A DNA stretch of 61,571 bases from Octopus bimaculoides (taxonomy: Eukaryota), in the NCBI RefSeq assembly GCF_001194135.2, contig NC_068984.1, positions 6,074,057 through 6,135,627 on the forward strand, read 5' to 3'. Numbering within the stretch: position 1 is the first letter of the stretch; every line of letters begins with the position of its first letter. The notes beneath the pieces are model-generated. The model saw only the letters and a program-made list of their open reading frames with translations. It was not told the DNA's origin and made no database searches. Positions 11,160 to 23,786 of this stretch are shown here, one piece after another. Position numbers and translations under genes: made by a program.

Positions 11160-11720
11160 TAACTGTAGAATCACATTATGAAAATGTGTGTATACATCAT
11201 AACAGTCTGCATGTGGCATATGTATCTTTAACTGTGTATTCTCATGTGTATGTGTAGCAGGAGAGACACTGAATGGAAATGTTTGTGTGTACGTGTGTGT
11301 TGTTTATAGTCTCTGCATGTGGTTTATTCATTTGAATGCATGTGTAGCAGTATAACCACACTCTATGGAACTGTGTGGGGATATTTGTTTCATAATAGTA
11401 TCTGCATGTGGCATATGCATTTATACATGTACACAGAGTGGAATCACACTCTATGAAAATGTGAGTGGGTGTGTGTAGTCGCCACATAACATGGAAATAT
11501 GAAAGTGTGCGTGTGTGTGTGTGTGAGCATATTACTGTATGTAGTAGAACTACAATATACAGAAATGTGTGTATATGTGAAGTAGTAGTAGTCACACAGT
11601 ATAAAAATATGAGTGTGTGTGTGTGTATGTACGTACATATTACTGTTGGTCTGTTGTGTAAATATCTATGTTTTTATGTATGTAGTCGCATCACACTATA
11701 TGGAAAAGCGAGCGCTTATG
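11160..11720. repeat. Degenerate composite satellite, ~8 units, period about 90 bp for the first four
   Basis: Recurrent GTAG..ATCACACT.TATG(G/A)AAATGTG core plus TCTGCATGTGG motif, separated by (TG)n. Confidence 0.65.
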
Positions 11721-11778
11721 TGTGTGTATGTGTATGCATGTATTAGTGTACACATGTGCTATATGCACAGGGAGATTT

Positions 11779-11831
<53 letters not shown>

Positions 11832-12199
11832 ATATGTGAATTAGTGTGGGCTGTATTACAGAGAATATCTCGCTGAAGTATGGTGAGATTGTTTTTCAAA
11901 ATATTTTTGGCTTTTTTTCTTAATATTCTCTAAGAAAGAGAAGAGAACGAGAAAGGAGAAAGAAATGGTTCTATTTTCGTTTCTTCTCATCTCGGCCCCA
12001 CCCCTTCCATCTACCTCATTCTGCACATCTCTGCTGCACCAATGCACACATGCAGCATGCATTACACATATACTTGATCTCAGTCTCTCAGTTAACGGTC
12101 TCTGTCTGTAGGTTAATGTGTCTCGTGATTCCATCAATGTGTGCATGTGTGTGTGTGTGCGTTAGTGCGCATAAATATCTCTATGTGTAGGTGTATACA

Positions 12200-12420
<221 letters not shown>

Positions 12421-13439
12421 TTGTGTGCTGTTCCACAGTTGTAATGTAATCGTATGAAATGTCCGCTGTACTTTAGTGAGGCTTTTGCTGTCAATAACAC
12501 CCACCCACCTTCTAAAAACAACATGTTCATGCATGCACATATATGCATGTATGCATGTGTGCATGCATGCATGATTGAGTGTTTGCATTTATGCAAACAT
12601 ATATGCATAGCTGCAGACATGTACTCATGCATGGCTTAAAAGAAGCCAGCAATTGTCATAGCAACCAGTGACTGGCAGTTTCTTGTTAACGCCACAATCT
12701 ATGCTACTAACACACACACACACGCGCACACACACACATGTGGGCGCATGCACACACACATGTAGGCACACACACGCACACACACACACAAGCACTCACA
12801 CACAAATGTCATCTCCACCACCAACACCAGCAACTCACTTATTGTTCTCGAAATTATCATCACAATATTCTCCGATCATGGCTTTTCAATTACATTTTCT
12901 CTCGGTTTTTATTTGCTATTGCTGATTTTATTTATTTTTTTTTTGTGTTCCTGTTATTGGTATTATCACTTTTGATGACGATGACGACAACAGTGACAAC
13001 GACGATAACGGCGATGATGATGCTGTTGTTGTTGATCCTTCTCCATCATTTCATTCAATGTCACAGGTTCTCCTGAAGATGTGAAATATTTATTAAATAC
13101 ACACAAACAAGCACACACACACACACACATACAGAGACAAAAACCTACACATACAAGCATACACATACATACATAAACACATATGCATACACAAAACCAA
13201 GCCTATCATGCATAGACTAGTTGTGATTGATTTAAGAGCTTACTTTATCCTGTATCTTTCTCCTCCTACTCTGTTTTCATTGTTATCTAATCCCCATCTT
13301 TTGTATTTTTGTACACTCATGCGCATGCAAGCACGCACACACACACACGCACACACACACACACGCACACGCACAATGTATATGTATTATTCATGTATTA
13401 CGAAAATATACATTCATCGTTGTATACTACATATATATG

Positions 13440-13450
13440 TGTGTGTATAC

Positions 13451-13531
<81 letters not shown>

Positions 13532-13745
13532 CAGAGAGAAAGAGAGAGTGAGAGGATAGCGATGGATGCGATAGATAGATAGACAGACAAACAGACAGAA
13601 ACACAGACAGACAGATAGATAGATAGATAGACAAAGAGAGAGGTAGACAGACAGACAGACAGATAGACAGACAGACCGACAGATAGATAAACAAACAGAC
13701 AAACAGATAGACAGACAGAGAGATAGACAGAAATATAGACATATA
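13440..13745. repeat. (TA)n followed by (AGAC)n/(AGAT)n microsatellites
   Basis: Visible directly. Confidence 0.97.
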
Positions 13746-13970
13746 GTGCAAATATATAAATGTATACATGTATATTCATGTACAACAAATATTTATAAGC
13801 ATATGCTGCTACACACATATATGAATATATATGTATATGAGTATGTGTGTAGAAAGATGCATGTGTCTATCTGTTCATTTATCTATCAAATTTATCTAGC
13901 TATATGGATGAATATATCTACACACACATTTAAGTATAAACACATACATATGAGTATGTATATGTATATA

Positions 13971-14011
<41 letters not shown>

Positions 14012-14092
14012 GTATATCTTTGATACTACAGAAACATATGGAAAAACACAAAAGAACGGGCAAGTAGAAATGCAATTGTGTCTCTGTGTGTA

Positions 14093-14137
<45 letters not shown>

Positions 14138-14149
14138 TCTTTTACTCCT

Positions 14150-14499
14150 TTAATTGTTTCAGTCATTTGACTGCAGTCATGCTGGAGCATCGCCTTTATA
14201 GTTGAGCAAATCGAGTCCAGGGCTTATTCTTTGTAAGCCTACTACTTATTCTGTCGGTCTCTTTTACTGAACCGCTAAGTTACGGGGACGTAAACACACC
14301 AGCATTGGTTGTCAAGCGATGTTGAGGGGACAAACACAGACACAAACACATATATATACAACAGGCTTCTTTCATTTTCCGTCTATCAAATCCACTCACA
14401 AGGCTTTGGTCAGCCTGAGGCTATAGTAGAAGACACTTGCCCAAGGTGCCATGCAGAACCCAGACAGAACCCAGAACCGTGTGGTTGGTAAGCAAGCTA
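14150..14499 (-). mobile_element. SINE family A
   Basis: rc of family A body: TTGTTTCAGTCATTTGACTGC...ACACTTGCCCAAGGTGCC...GTGGTTGGTAAGCAAGCTA. Confidence 0.9.
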
Positions 14500-14654
14500 T
14501 ATATATATATATATATATATTCAGACATGGTTAAACAACTTGCTGGCCTGAGTTAGCGTGACTACATAGTTGCTATGCCTGCTAGAAATAATAGCAAAAT
14601 CTCTCTTACATCACTTGCTACTGTGTTAGCAGCAGCAACAACAACAATAATCCT

Positions 14655-14868
14655 TTCTACTGAAGACATATAGCCTTAAATTTTCAGGGAAGGGACTAGT
14701 TGATTACACTGACCCCAGTCTTTCTCACCGGTACTAAATTTATTGACCCCGAGAGGATGAAAGGCAAAGTCGACCACGGCAGCATTTGAACTCAGAACAT
14801 AGTGATGGGTGAAATACCTCTAAGCATTTCGTCCACCGTGCTAACGATTCTGCCAGCTCACCACCTTA
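14655..14868 (-). mobile_element. tRNA-derived SINE family B (GCCTTTCATCC..GGGGTCGATAAA central domain, Deu/Nin-like)
   Basis: rc of GGTGAGCTGGCAGAATCGTTAGCAC...GAGTTCAAATGCTGCCGTGGTCGACTTTGCCTTTCATCC. Has A/B-box-like head. Confidence 0.85.
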
Positions 14869-14877
14869 ACAATAACA

Positions 14878-15028
14878 ACATCATCATCATCATCATTGTT
14901 TAACGTCCGTCTTCCATGCTAGCATGGGTTGGACGATTTGACTGAGGACTGGTGAACCAGATGGCTACACCAGGCTCCAATCTAATTTGGAATAGTTTCT
15001 ACAGCTGGATGCCCTTCCTAACGCCAAC
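14878..15028 (-). mobile_element. RTE LINE 3' end, 5'-truncated
   Basis: Close match to 5372-5532 and ends at the same CCTAACGCCAA point. Confidence 0.9.
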
Positions 15029-15035
15029 AATAAAT

Positions 15036-15288
15036 ATGGGGTTGGTGCATAATTATGGCAGCTTTTTTCAACAAATTTTATTCGACAAAAACAATAACAT
15101 CATATAACAAAAACATCTTTAAATGATTATTCTGGAGCATAATCCCCATCTACTTCAATTACTGCTTCCCATTTGCTTGGCAGACAGTGAGACCGTCATT
15201 TAAAGATGTTTTTGTTGAATATTGTTATTGTTTTTGTTGAATAAAATTTGTTGATATAAAGCCGCAATAATTATGCTCCAACCTAAAA
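15036..15288. mobile_element. mariner-derived fold-back MITE with ~90-bp inverted arms
   Basis: Arms GGTTGG(T/A)GCATAATTAT...AAAAACATCTTTAAATGA on both sides. The spacer encodes LPSKWEAVIEVDGDYAPE* on the minus strand (mariner C-terminus). Confidence 0.88.
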
Positions 15289-15479
15289 TATAAATAAAAA
15301 CATATAAAGGATAATGAGGTTTCAGTTATACTATATTTACACACACACACACAGAAAGGGAGTAAATTAAATAATGTTAATGTTCATTTATAGAATACTG
15401 AAAATAATAATAATAATTCTTTTAAATTTTGGCACAAGGCCAGCAATTTTAAAAGAAGTGGGTTAGTTGATCATTCTTT

Positions 15480-15895
15480 TATTCTTTATTGGCTTTAGTC
15501 ATTTGACTGCAGCCATGCTGGAACATCAACTTTAGTCAAACAAATTGACCCCAGGACTTATTCTTTGTAAGCCTAGTATTTATTCTATCGGTCCCTTTTG
15601 CCGAACCGCTAAGCTATGGGTACGTAAAAACACCAACATCGGTTATGGAGCGATGGTGGCGGTAGGGGGACAAACATAGACACACACACACAAATATATA
15701 CATATTTATCTATATACATATACACACACACATATATATATATATATACAACAGGCTTCTTTCAGTTTCCATTTACCAAATTCACTCACAAGGCTTTGGT
15801 CAGCCTGAGACTTATAGTAAAAGACAGTTGCCCAAGGTGCAATGCAGTGGGACTGAACCCGGAACCATGTGGTTGGGAAGCAAACCTCTCACCAC
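15480..15895 (-). mobile_element. SINE family A, near full length
   Basis: rc head GGTTCCGGGTTCAGTCCCACTGCATTGCACCTTGGGCAA, internal TA/CA tract, 3' body. Confidence 0.9.
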
Positions 15896-15953
<58 letters not shown>

Positions 15954-16177
15954 TAATAATAATACAAGGCTAGTAATTATGGGACAGGGCTTAAGTCGAT
16001 TACATTGACTCCCAGTGATTCACAGGTACTTATTTTATCGACCCCAAAGGATGAAAAGTAAAGTTAAACCTCAACAGAATTTGAACTCAGAATGCAAAGA
16101 CAGATGAAATACCACTAACAATTTTGCCCAACATGCTGACAATTCTGCCAGCTCACTGACTTAATAATAATAATAAC

Positions 16178-16215
<38 letters not shown>

Positions 16216-16220
16216 CAACA
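15896..16220 (-). mobile_element. SINE family B (15965-16165) embedded between (TAA)n tracts
   Basis: ATCGACCCCAAAGGATGAAAAGTAAAG...TTTGAACTCAGAA...AATTCTGCCAGCTCAC, with (TAA)n on both flanks. Confidence 0.85.
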
Positions 16221-16503
16221 GATTTAATGATTCTTTCATTTGTCTCTTGGGCTCTAAAAGCCAAAAAAACTAAGAAAACCTTTTATGCAACAAAACAGTA
16301 AAAAAAAATATTGTGGAAGACGTTACCTTCATTTGTTGTAAAGTATACGCAAAACAACATGCAATTAATTCAAATAAAAGCCATTAGGAAAAGTCGTTAA
16401 TAACTTTCCCACCTAAGAAAATAGAAAAGGGGTGGAGTACGAAGAATTTATATTTTTATAATGTGTGTGTGCATGCACATGTGTGTGCATGTGTATGTGC
16501 TTG

Positions 16504-16534
<31 letters not shown>

Positions 16535-16779
16535 TTATGTGAGTGTGTGTGAAATGAATATTGGCTCTAGACATTTCCTTTCATAGACATCCAACATTAA
16601 CGATAATGTTGTTTTGCCAGAAGGGCAAACTTAGTCCACCACAACAATATGAGAACAAAAGTAAACAAGGATAGAAATGGTCGTGGACAAATTACCAACT
16701 TTGGTTCTATGAATATTCATCATCATCATCGTCGTCATCTTAACATAAGGTAATGCTACTCTTTAACCAAACATGTTTC

Positions 16780-17045
16780 CATGGAAGATTGGAAATGAAG
16801 GTCACCACCTGGTCAACGGTTACGCTTGTTTACAGCCATCACGCAATGTCAAAACAAGGAGACACAAACAAACACACATAAGCACACAAGAATATACGTA
16901 TCAGAATATATGATGGCCTTCCTTCAGTTTCGGTCTATCAAGTCCACTCACAAGGCTTTCTTCAGCTCAGAAAACACTTGCTTATGATACCCTACAATGA
17001 GACTGAACTAGGAAATATGCAGTTGAGAGGCAAATTTCTCCACAA
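16780..17045 (-). mobile_element. Degenerate SINE family A
   Basis: CTTCAGTTTCGGTCTATCAAGTCCACTCACAAGGCTTT and GACTGAACTAGGAA. Confidence 0.7.
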
Positions 17046-17368
17046 CTGTAAGTTTATCCAACTGTTTTCCAACTTATGTAAAAGTAATGCTTCATGACTC
17101 CTCAGATCAACCTGTATGTTTTCAATGAAATTGGGTAGATGGAAACTGTATAGAAGCCTATTGGAGGGACTGTACCAGTAATTTACAGGTACAGCTTTGT
17201 GACACTGACATGTGCACCTGCCTGTAGGATGTTCATTTATTACAATTCATTACATTGTTAATTCAATCAGCAAGAAATTCAGTTGACTGAACATTTGAAT
17301 CCTTGTTGTGAAAACTAACAGAGCACCATCCATCCATCCATCCACACACACACACACACACACATATA

Positions 17369-17650
17369 TCATCATCATCATTATCATCGTTTAACGTCCG
17401 CTTTCCATGCTAACATAGGATAGTTGTGGCCAGTACCCCCTAATTGGTTCCCATTCTGGTGACATGTAAAATACATCATCCAGATGTGGTTGATGCTAGT
17501 GTCCCCTGACTGGCCCCCATGCCAATGGCACGTAAAAAGCACTATCTGAACGTGGCACATAAAAAAATCACCCACTACATTCTCAGAGTGGTTGGCATTA
17601 GGAAAGGCATTTAGCTGTAGAAACATTGCCAGATCAGATTGGAGCCTGAG
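17369..17650. mobile_element. RTE LINE 3' end with inverted 5' segment
   Basis: Tail portion 17369-17420 is on minus. Upstream UTR portion 17421-17650 is on plus and ends at GATTGGAGCCTG. Confidence 0.8.
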
Positions 17651-18477
17651 ATACAATAAATTATAAATTGGCAGTTTTATATAACATGTCATGTATCGCC
17701 AATCAATCTTTCAGGCTCAGTGCATATCATTAGATGTATTTCAAAAGCAGGCCACTTTTCTATGAGAAGGTTCATGTAAGAAACTATTAGTAGCTCCTTT
17801 GTAAATCTCATATATATNNNNNNNNNNNNNNNNNNNNNNNNNNNNNNNNNNNNNNNNNNNNNNNNNNNNNNNNNNNNNNNNNNNNNNNNNNNNNNNNNNN
17901 NNNNNNNNNNNNNNNNNNNNNNNNNNNNNNNNNNNNNNNNNNNNNNNNNNNNNNNNNNNNNNNNNNNNNNNNNNNNNNNNNNNNNNNNNNNNNNNNNNNN
18001 NNNNNNNNNNNNNNNNNNNNNNNNNNNNNNNNNNNNNNNNNNNNNNNNNNNNNNNNNNNNNNNNNNNNNNNNNNNNNNNNNNNNNNNNNNNNNNNNNNNN
18101 NNNNNNNNNNNNNNNNNNNNNNNNNNNNNNNNNNNNNNNNNNNNNNNNNNNNNNNNNNNNNNNNNNNNNNNNNNNNNNNNNNNNNNNNNNNNNNNNNNNN
18201 NNNNNNNNATATACTGTATATGATGCTCTGGTATTGTAAACTTAAGAAGTCAAAAAGTACAGGAGTTAATAAATGTTGAACCTGTTTTATGGTTTTGGGC
18301 CCATCCTCTGTATATAGTTAATGTTAAATCATTATTTATATTCATGGTTTAGAATGTATAGGTGGGATGTATATATTACCATGAAACAACTGAGATGACC
18401 AAAATGAAGGTAATTAGTAGAAATCTCTTGGCATTTGTAATCATTGTTATCTCTCTCACTTTCTCATATGCACACAA

Positions 18478-18517
<40 letters not shown>

Positions 18518-19941
18518 ATGTGTGTGTGTGTGTGTAAGATAACCATCTCAAATTTCTGAGCTAAATTTTGTTGTTTAATGGAGAGGGAGAGTCTGTAGTC
18601 ATGACCTTCAGAGTTCCTGCAAGATTGGTGAAGACCTGAAAGGACCCTTGTAGTACCGTGTGCTGAAAAAGGGTTCAGCACAAAGCGCCCCAAGTTTGTA
18701 GAGGAGTAATGGCATTTATGACCTTTGTTTGTCCTCTAAAATGGGGGCAGGGTTTGATGCGCCAGGCCACCTATTTGTAAGAAAAGATTTTTATCACAGA
18801 CATAAACTTGTTGACCAAGAAGAGACGCAAGACAAAGCTGGGAGAATTTGAACGTGGATCAGAGTCAGAACTGAACCCATTGCTACAACCTAGTATTTAA
18901 GACTACTGCTCAACCATGATGCCACTCCACCATACCATGTTTATTCTGTATGAGTTATTGAATAAATTAAAATGCATAAATAAAATATAGATTGTTCGAA
19001 TTATTGAAGCAGATAGAGAGAGAAAAATGTGGAATAAAAGACTGAATAAGCAAATCAGGTGAAAGACTTAAGATGGCATTCTTCTATGGATGGTAGGAGT
19101 CTTGGTAAGAATGGAACTGACAGTGAATGTCTGCTAGAAAGAATATGACAGTTGACAGGGAGAAGAAATGGATGTGAATGAGAGAAGAATATAATTTTAC
19201 TGACAGTGAATACACTGAGAGAAAATAAATTAGAGGAATGAAATGTTATAAAGACAGAAATAGCAGAAAAGAAAATAACCTAATGAAGAAGAGAGTGGGT
19301 GGGCGGTGGAATGGATGTGGAGGGAGGGAATGAATAACCATTTTGATATGACTTGATAGTACTGTATTAAAGATGGATAGAATTCTAGTGATGATGATGA
19401 TGATAAGGAGGAAGAGGAGGAAGATAAAAGAATAATGTGCATATGATGGTGGTGTGTTATTAATGATATGTTTTTATGATTTTCTGGTAAAGTTTATATT
19501 TGTGACTTGGTGGAGAGATAGGTAGAACCTCGAGGAACTGGATTAATAAGAATTACATTTCCAATATTCTTCCGATGTTGCACAACTCACCACATGATCA
19601 AGAGCAGAAACCTCATTACAGTTATTTTGTTTTTATTTTGGGACAAATTACATAACTCTACTTAACAGAAAGAAGTCCAAGGAGTATACCAAGAAATTTG
19701 TTTTGGTCAACTGGGGGCTGACTTTAATATGATATGCCTAATCACGAGAAATTAATATTTCTGTCTTTGTTCACTAGCTTAGTCCTAGAAAGAGAGAGGC
19801 AGTACCTATCACCTCTGTAATGTCAGCCAGACTGGTGCTATACAGACAGCCATAAAGTGATTGGTGAATTAATCAGAGACAATGCAGAGTTGAGCAGACT
19901 ATGGTTATGCCAAAGGCTATGACAACCTCTCTAATGTTGAT

Positions 19942-20280
19942 ATCATCATCATCATCATTTAACGCCTTTTGTCCATGCTGGCATGGGGTGGACGATTTGA
20001 CTGGGACTGGTAAGCTGGAAGACTACACCAGACTCCAGTCTTATTTGGTATGGTTTTCTATGGCTGGATGCCTTTCCAAACACCAACCACTCCGAGAGTG
20101 TAATGGATGCTTTTACATGCCACTGGCATTGCTGCAATTTGCGACTGCGATTTTGCTTGGTTTGATGGGTCTTCTTCTCAAGCACAACATAATGCCAAAG
20201 GTCTTGGTCATTGCCTACATGAGACCCAATGCTCGAAAGGAATACTATGAAAAAATGCACCCAGTACACTCTGTAAAGTG
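19942..20280 (-). mobile_element. RTE LINE: ORF2 end plus 3' UTR and (GAT)n tail
   Basis: Minus translation of the ORF2 end ends QDLWHYVVLEKKTHQTK and runs directly into the abundant UTR repeat, identifying that repeat as a LINE 3' end. Confidence 0.85.
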
Positions 20281-21301
20281 TTTAATATTAGGGAGAGCAT
20301 GAAGCCATTGAAACTATGCCAACATAAACTTTTAAGCTATCCAATGTCCTCTGCTTGTAGGACTTTGTTGAACCATCCAGAAATCAATATATACTGACCC
20401 TGAAATCAATATAAACCACCCCTGCAATCAATCTCTACTATCGGATGATGATGAAGATGAAAAAGAAGGATACATAAAATACACAATGTATATAATAGCA
20501 AAATTCCTTTATAACTACAAAACTGCCATTGTTATCCCTACCACAACTCTCATCAGGAATGCCACCACCTCCATCACCAACGCTGCAACTACCATTAATG
20601 CTACTGCTGTCACTGCAACTTCAACTACTATTACTACCATGATATCACCACCACCACCACCACCACCATCATCATCACAACCATTACTGTTGTTATCACT
20701 TCCACCACCACCTTTACAACCACAGCCTCAACCACTATTAATATCAATATTAGCAGTACCATTGTCACTACTGTTACCAACCCCAGGATAATTTGTTTAA
20801 CTTAAAACCCATTCCTTTGTTCTTAACTTTTTGTTGTTGTTGCTTCCATTGCTATGCATTTTAGTATATTATGTTGCTGTCAATAAATTTATAATTCAAT
20901 GAATTAAAGTGGGGAGATCACCTGAAATTGAACCAGCTTTTCATTGCATTTGGTTTCCAAACTAGCTTTTTCCAATGATTGAAATAATATTTTCACAGAT
21001 GTGACATGCTGTCAATATTGCAAAGCTTACATCTTCTGATGTCTATCCGTCTGTCTGTTTAATCTCCTTCCTCTCACTCAATCCATCACGGAACATTGAT
21101 TTATAATTGACACTGCGCTGCCTCTTCTTGTTACATTGCTCCAGACTGCATAAAAGTAACACTCAACTACAGAGATCTAGTGCTAGAATCAGGCAATAAA
21201 CCATTCCTTTTAGTTCAGGGATTTAAGAGAATAAGGCATTCTGTTACTGCTATCTACATCTTTTACATAATTTTAAAAGTGGATATATGTGTACATGTAT
21301 G

Positions 21302-21355
<54 letters not shown>

Positions 21356-22384
21356 CACAGAGACACATACACACATATAAAGGAAAAAGTGTAAGATGAA
21401 TGTAGTTTCTGTGTTAAAAGTTCCAGTGCATGTAGAGTGAGCAGGTTAATGTTTAGTGTGATGCAGGTTGCAGCTGAGGTGATAGAGATTTCAACAAGGA
21501 CAGAATACATTTCTCTAGAAATATAATATGAACCATTAATTCTTCAACAGATGAGCAATTCACTTGTGTAAGCGAAACTTTCAGTTCAATAGATTAGCAT
21601 GTCTAGTTCTTTGTTTTGCTATTATTTTCTTCTCATGTACAACATATGTGTGAAAAGATCATCAGAGACCACAGTTATCAGCTGATGAATAAAAAAAGAA
21701 AAAAAGTCAATGCATAAAAGCTGAAATCTAATTGCAATGCAGAGCTGAGAGGTAAGTCGATGGTGAGGTGCTAAATTAACCAAGAATGCAATGGAGAAAT
21801 GTTACGACAGATACCCTAGTCAGGCTATTATGGAGCGGTTATGCACTTTATGGATAAATTATAACTCTACATTTTTATCACCTACATTAAAAGACCTACA
21901 TGATGTTAATATACGCTTGTTTGTGAAGGTAGGCAGAAGAATGAGAGAGAAAATGTAATTTATAGTATTTCATTCCAGTTTCCCTTCTTTCCCATTTTTC
22001 TTTATATTTGTTTTTGTTTTTGTTTTTGCATGTACAGATTTAAATCTGTCTGATATTCGCATTACTTTTCATTCCTAGTCAAATATGGAACTGATTTAAT
22101 TCCCTTAACCTTCTACCAACCAATATATGTAGCCTTGGGGGCCATTGTTAGGAAATCATCATCTTCAGTCCTCCTCATTATTGTCGTCGCCGTCGTCGTC
22201 GTCATCATTATCATCACTGACATTGTCGTTATAATCAGCAGCAGCATCACCGTTGCTATCATTACCCTCATCATCAACATCATCATCATTTTATGTCCAC
22301 TTTATGTCATTTTATTATGGCCCTTCATCGCCAGATACAAAACAGCTAACTACTAATGTCTGTTACGATTGTCATCATCATCAT

Positions 22385-22580
22385 CAAGATGGTGAATTGG
22401 CAGAATTGATACTGTATCAGCTAAAATGCTTAGTGGCATTTCTTCCAGCTCTTTATGTTATGAGTTCAAATCTTGCTGAGGTTGACTTTGTCTCAATAAA
22501 AATAGTACTAGTTGAGCACTGGGGGTCAATCTAATCAACTCACCCCTTCCCTAAACTGCTGACCATGAATCAAAATTAGA
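22385..22580 (+). mobile_element. SINE family B
   Basis: GGTGAATTGGCAGAATTG...GAGTTCAAATCTTGCTGAGGTTGACTTTG...GAGCACTGGGGGTCAAT. Confidence 0.8.
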
Positions 22581-23059
22581 AAGATTTATCATTAGTTTGG
22601 TGAGGTAATGATAGTACAGAGAACAGCATATTTTGCATTCCTGAATTCAAATCCCATGTAGATTGACTTTGCATCTTTCTTGGGATTGATGGAAGAAGTA
22701 CCAGTCATGCACTAAAATCACATTAATCCAATGTTCATTCCCCGAATAACCTTGTAACCTCTTGAACACTCAGACACAATTCTGATGTCATGGTACATAA
22801 CGAATACCAACTGATAAACCAAACATACAGTTCAGCACTACACAGTAGAAGGGATCCACTGCTTGCAACCACAAGGTGGTCACTTGGTCTGTCAGAAATA
22901 GCAGCTGATTCTTCTACACTCCACACTTTAAAGTGATGAAAAATATAATGCTCTAGAACATACTAAATGATTAGAAGGAAGTGATGGCTGGAACATATTT
23001 AATCATCAGTCCGCTTGATTAGGGCTAAACTGCACCACCAACAACAGATACATGTTGGT

Positions 23060-23650
23060 TCTGGATTAAACTGCTGTCTAAGAAGAATGGTAAAGTTGTT
23101 GGCTGCAATTCTACATTCTGGTGTTCCTAAATCTCTGAAATCTGGGCCATTGTTTACACACATCTCAAATAAATTCCATGATGCGACATCTAAAGAGAGA
23201 CTCAAAATACCAAAAAATAACAGGAAATTCTTTGTCATATACTGTATTGCCTTAAGAGTAGGGAATGAAACATTAGATAATGTATCTCTAGATAGACTTG
23301 TGAATTCTTTGACTCTCTATGTTGTTTTAAGGCTATACTGGAGCACTGTTTCCAAGGCTGAATATTTTATGTCTTTTATTTTGGCTCTGCAGAGCTCTGC
23401 TGCTGTTGATGGTTTCAGTGTATCTGAGCACTTTAGTTGGTGGATCAACAAATCAGTGAAGATCACTCAGCTTTGCTTGAAGTTCTTTTGCAGATGAATG
23501 GTCAGCTACTTGAAAGACAACTGCATCTGGATACATTTTAAAGTCTCAAAAGAAACTTTAGTCATGTGTTGTAACTCTTTTGGTAAACTGAAGACCTTTG
23601 AATGCCAATCAATTGTGATGTAGGTGCCAGGTATGAGAATTTGAGAAAAG
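23060..23650 (-). pseudogene. Highly decayed LINE reverse transcriptase, CR1/L2/Jockey-like
   Basis: Minus frames with shifts: SLPKELQH..FKMYPDAVVF..SAKELQAKLSDLH (NDLP/YADD region), KIKDIKYSAL (KYLG region), MTKNFLLFFGILSLSLDVAS, ECRIAANNFT. Order fits the RT C-terminal half; motif identity is poor. Confidence 0.45.
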
Positions 23651-23786
23651 GAATGAGTTAAGTTTCAACAGTATCGCTCATTTCTTTTGTTCATTCTTTC
23701 TTAGAAAGCAAAGTTTAGAGCAAGACTTTCAAGAATCTTGCACATATATACAATGCCATAATGATGCTCTTATCAACAGTCTAAAA

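Noticed and set aside
11160-11720. CRISPR-like repeat-spacer look
   Set aside because: Repeats are degenerate, spacers are microsatellites of variable length, there are no cas genes, and the context is animal DNA.
17818-18208. Regular association of N-gaps with (TA)n
   Set aside because: Typical short-read assembly dropout at AT dinucleotide tracts, not biology.
20486-20791. Thr/Pro-rich mucin-like 101-aa ORF
   Set aside because: Built from ACT/ACC/CCA trinucleotide low-complexity sequence with no splice signals.
22999-23040. IKRTDD as an RT YADD motif
   Set aside because: This stretch is a minus-strand copy of the unclassified GCCCTGATC..TTCCAGCC repeat.
23300-23500. LALQSSAAVDGFS as a hAT dimerisation motif
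   Set aside because: Only a vague resemblance; the minus-strand RT interpretation explains more of the region.
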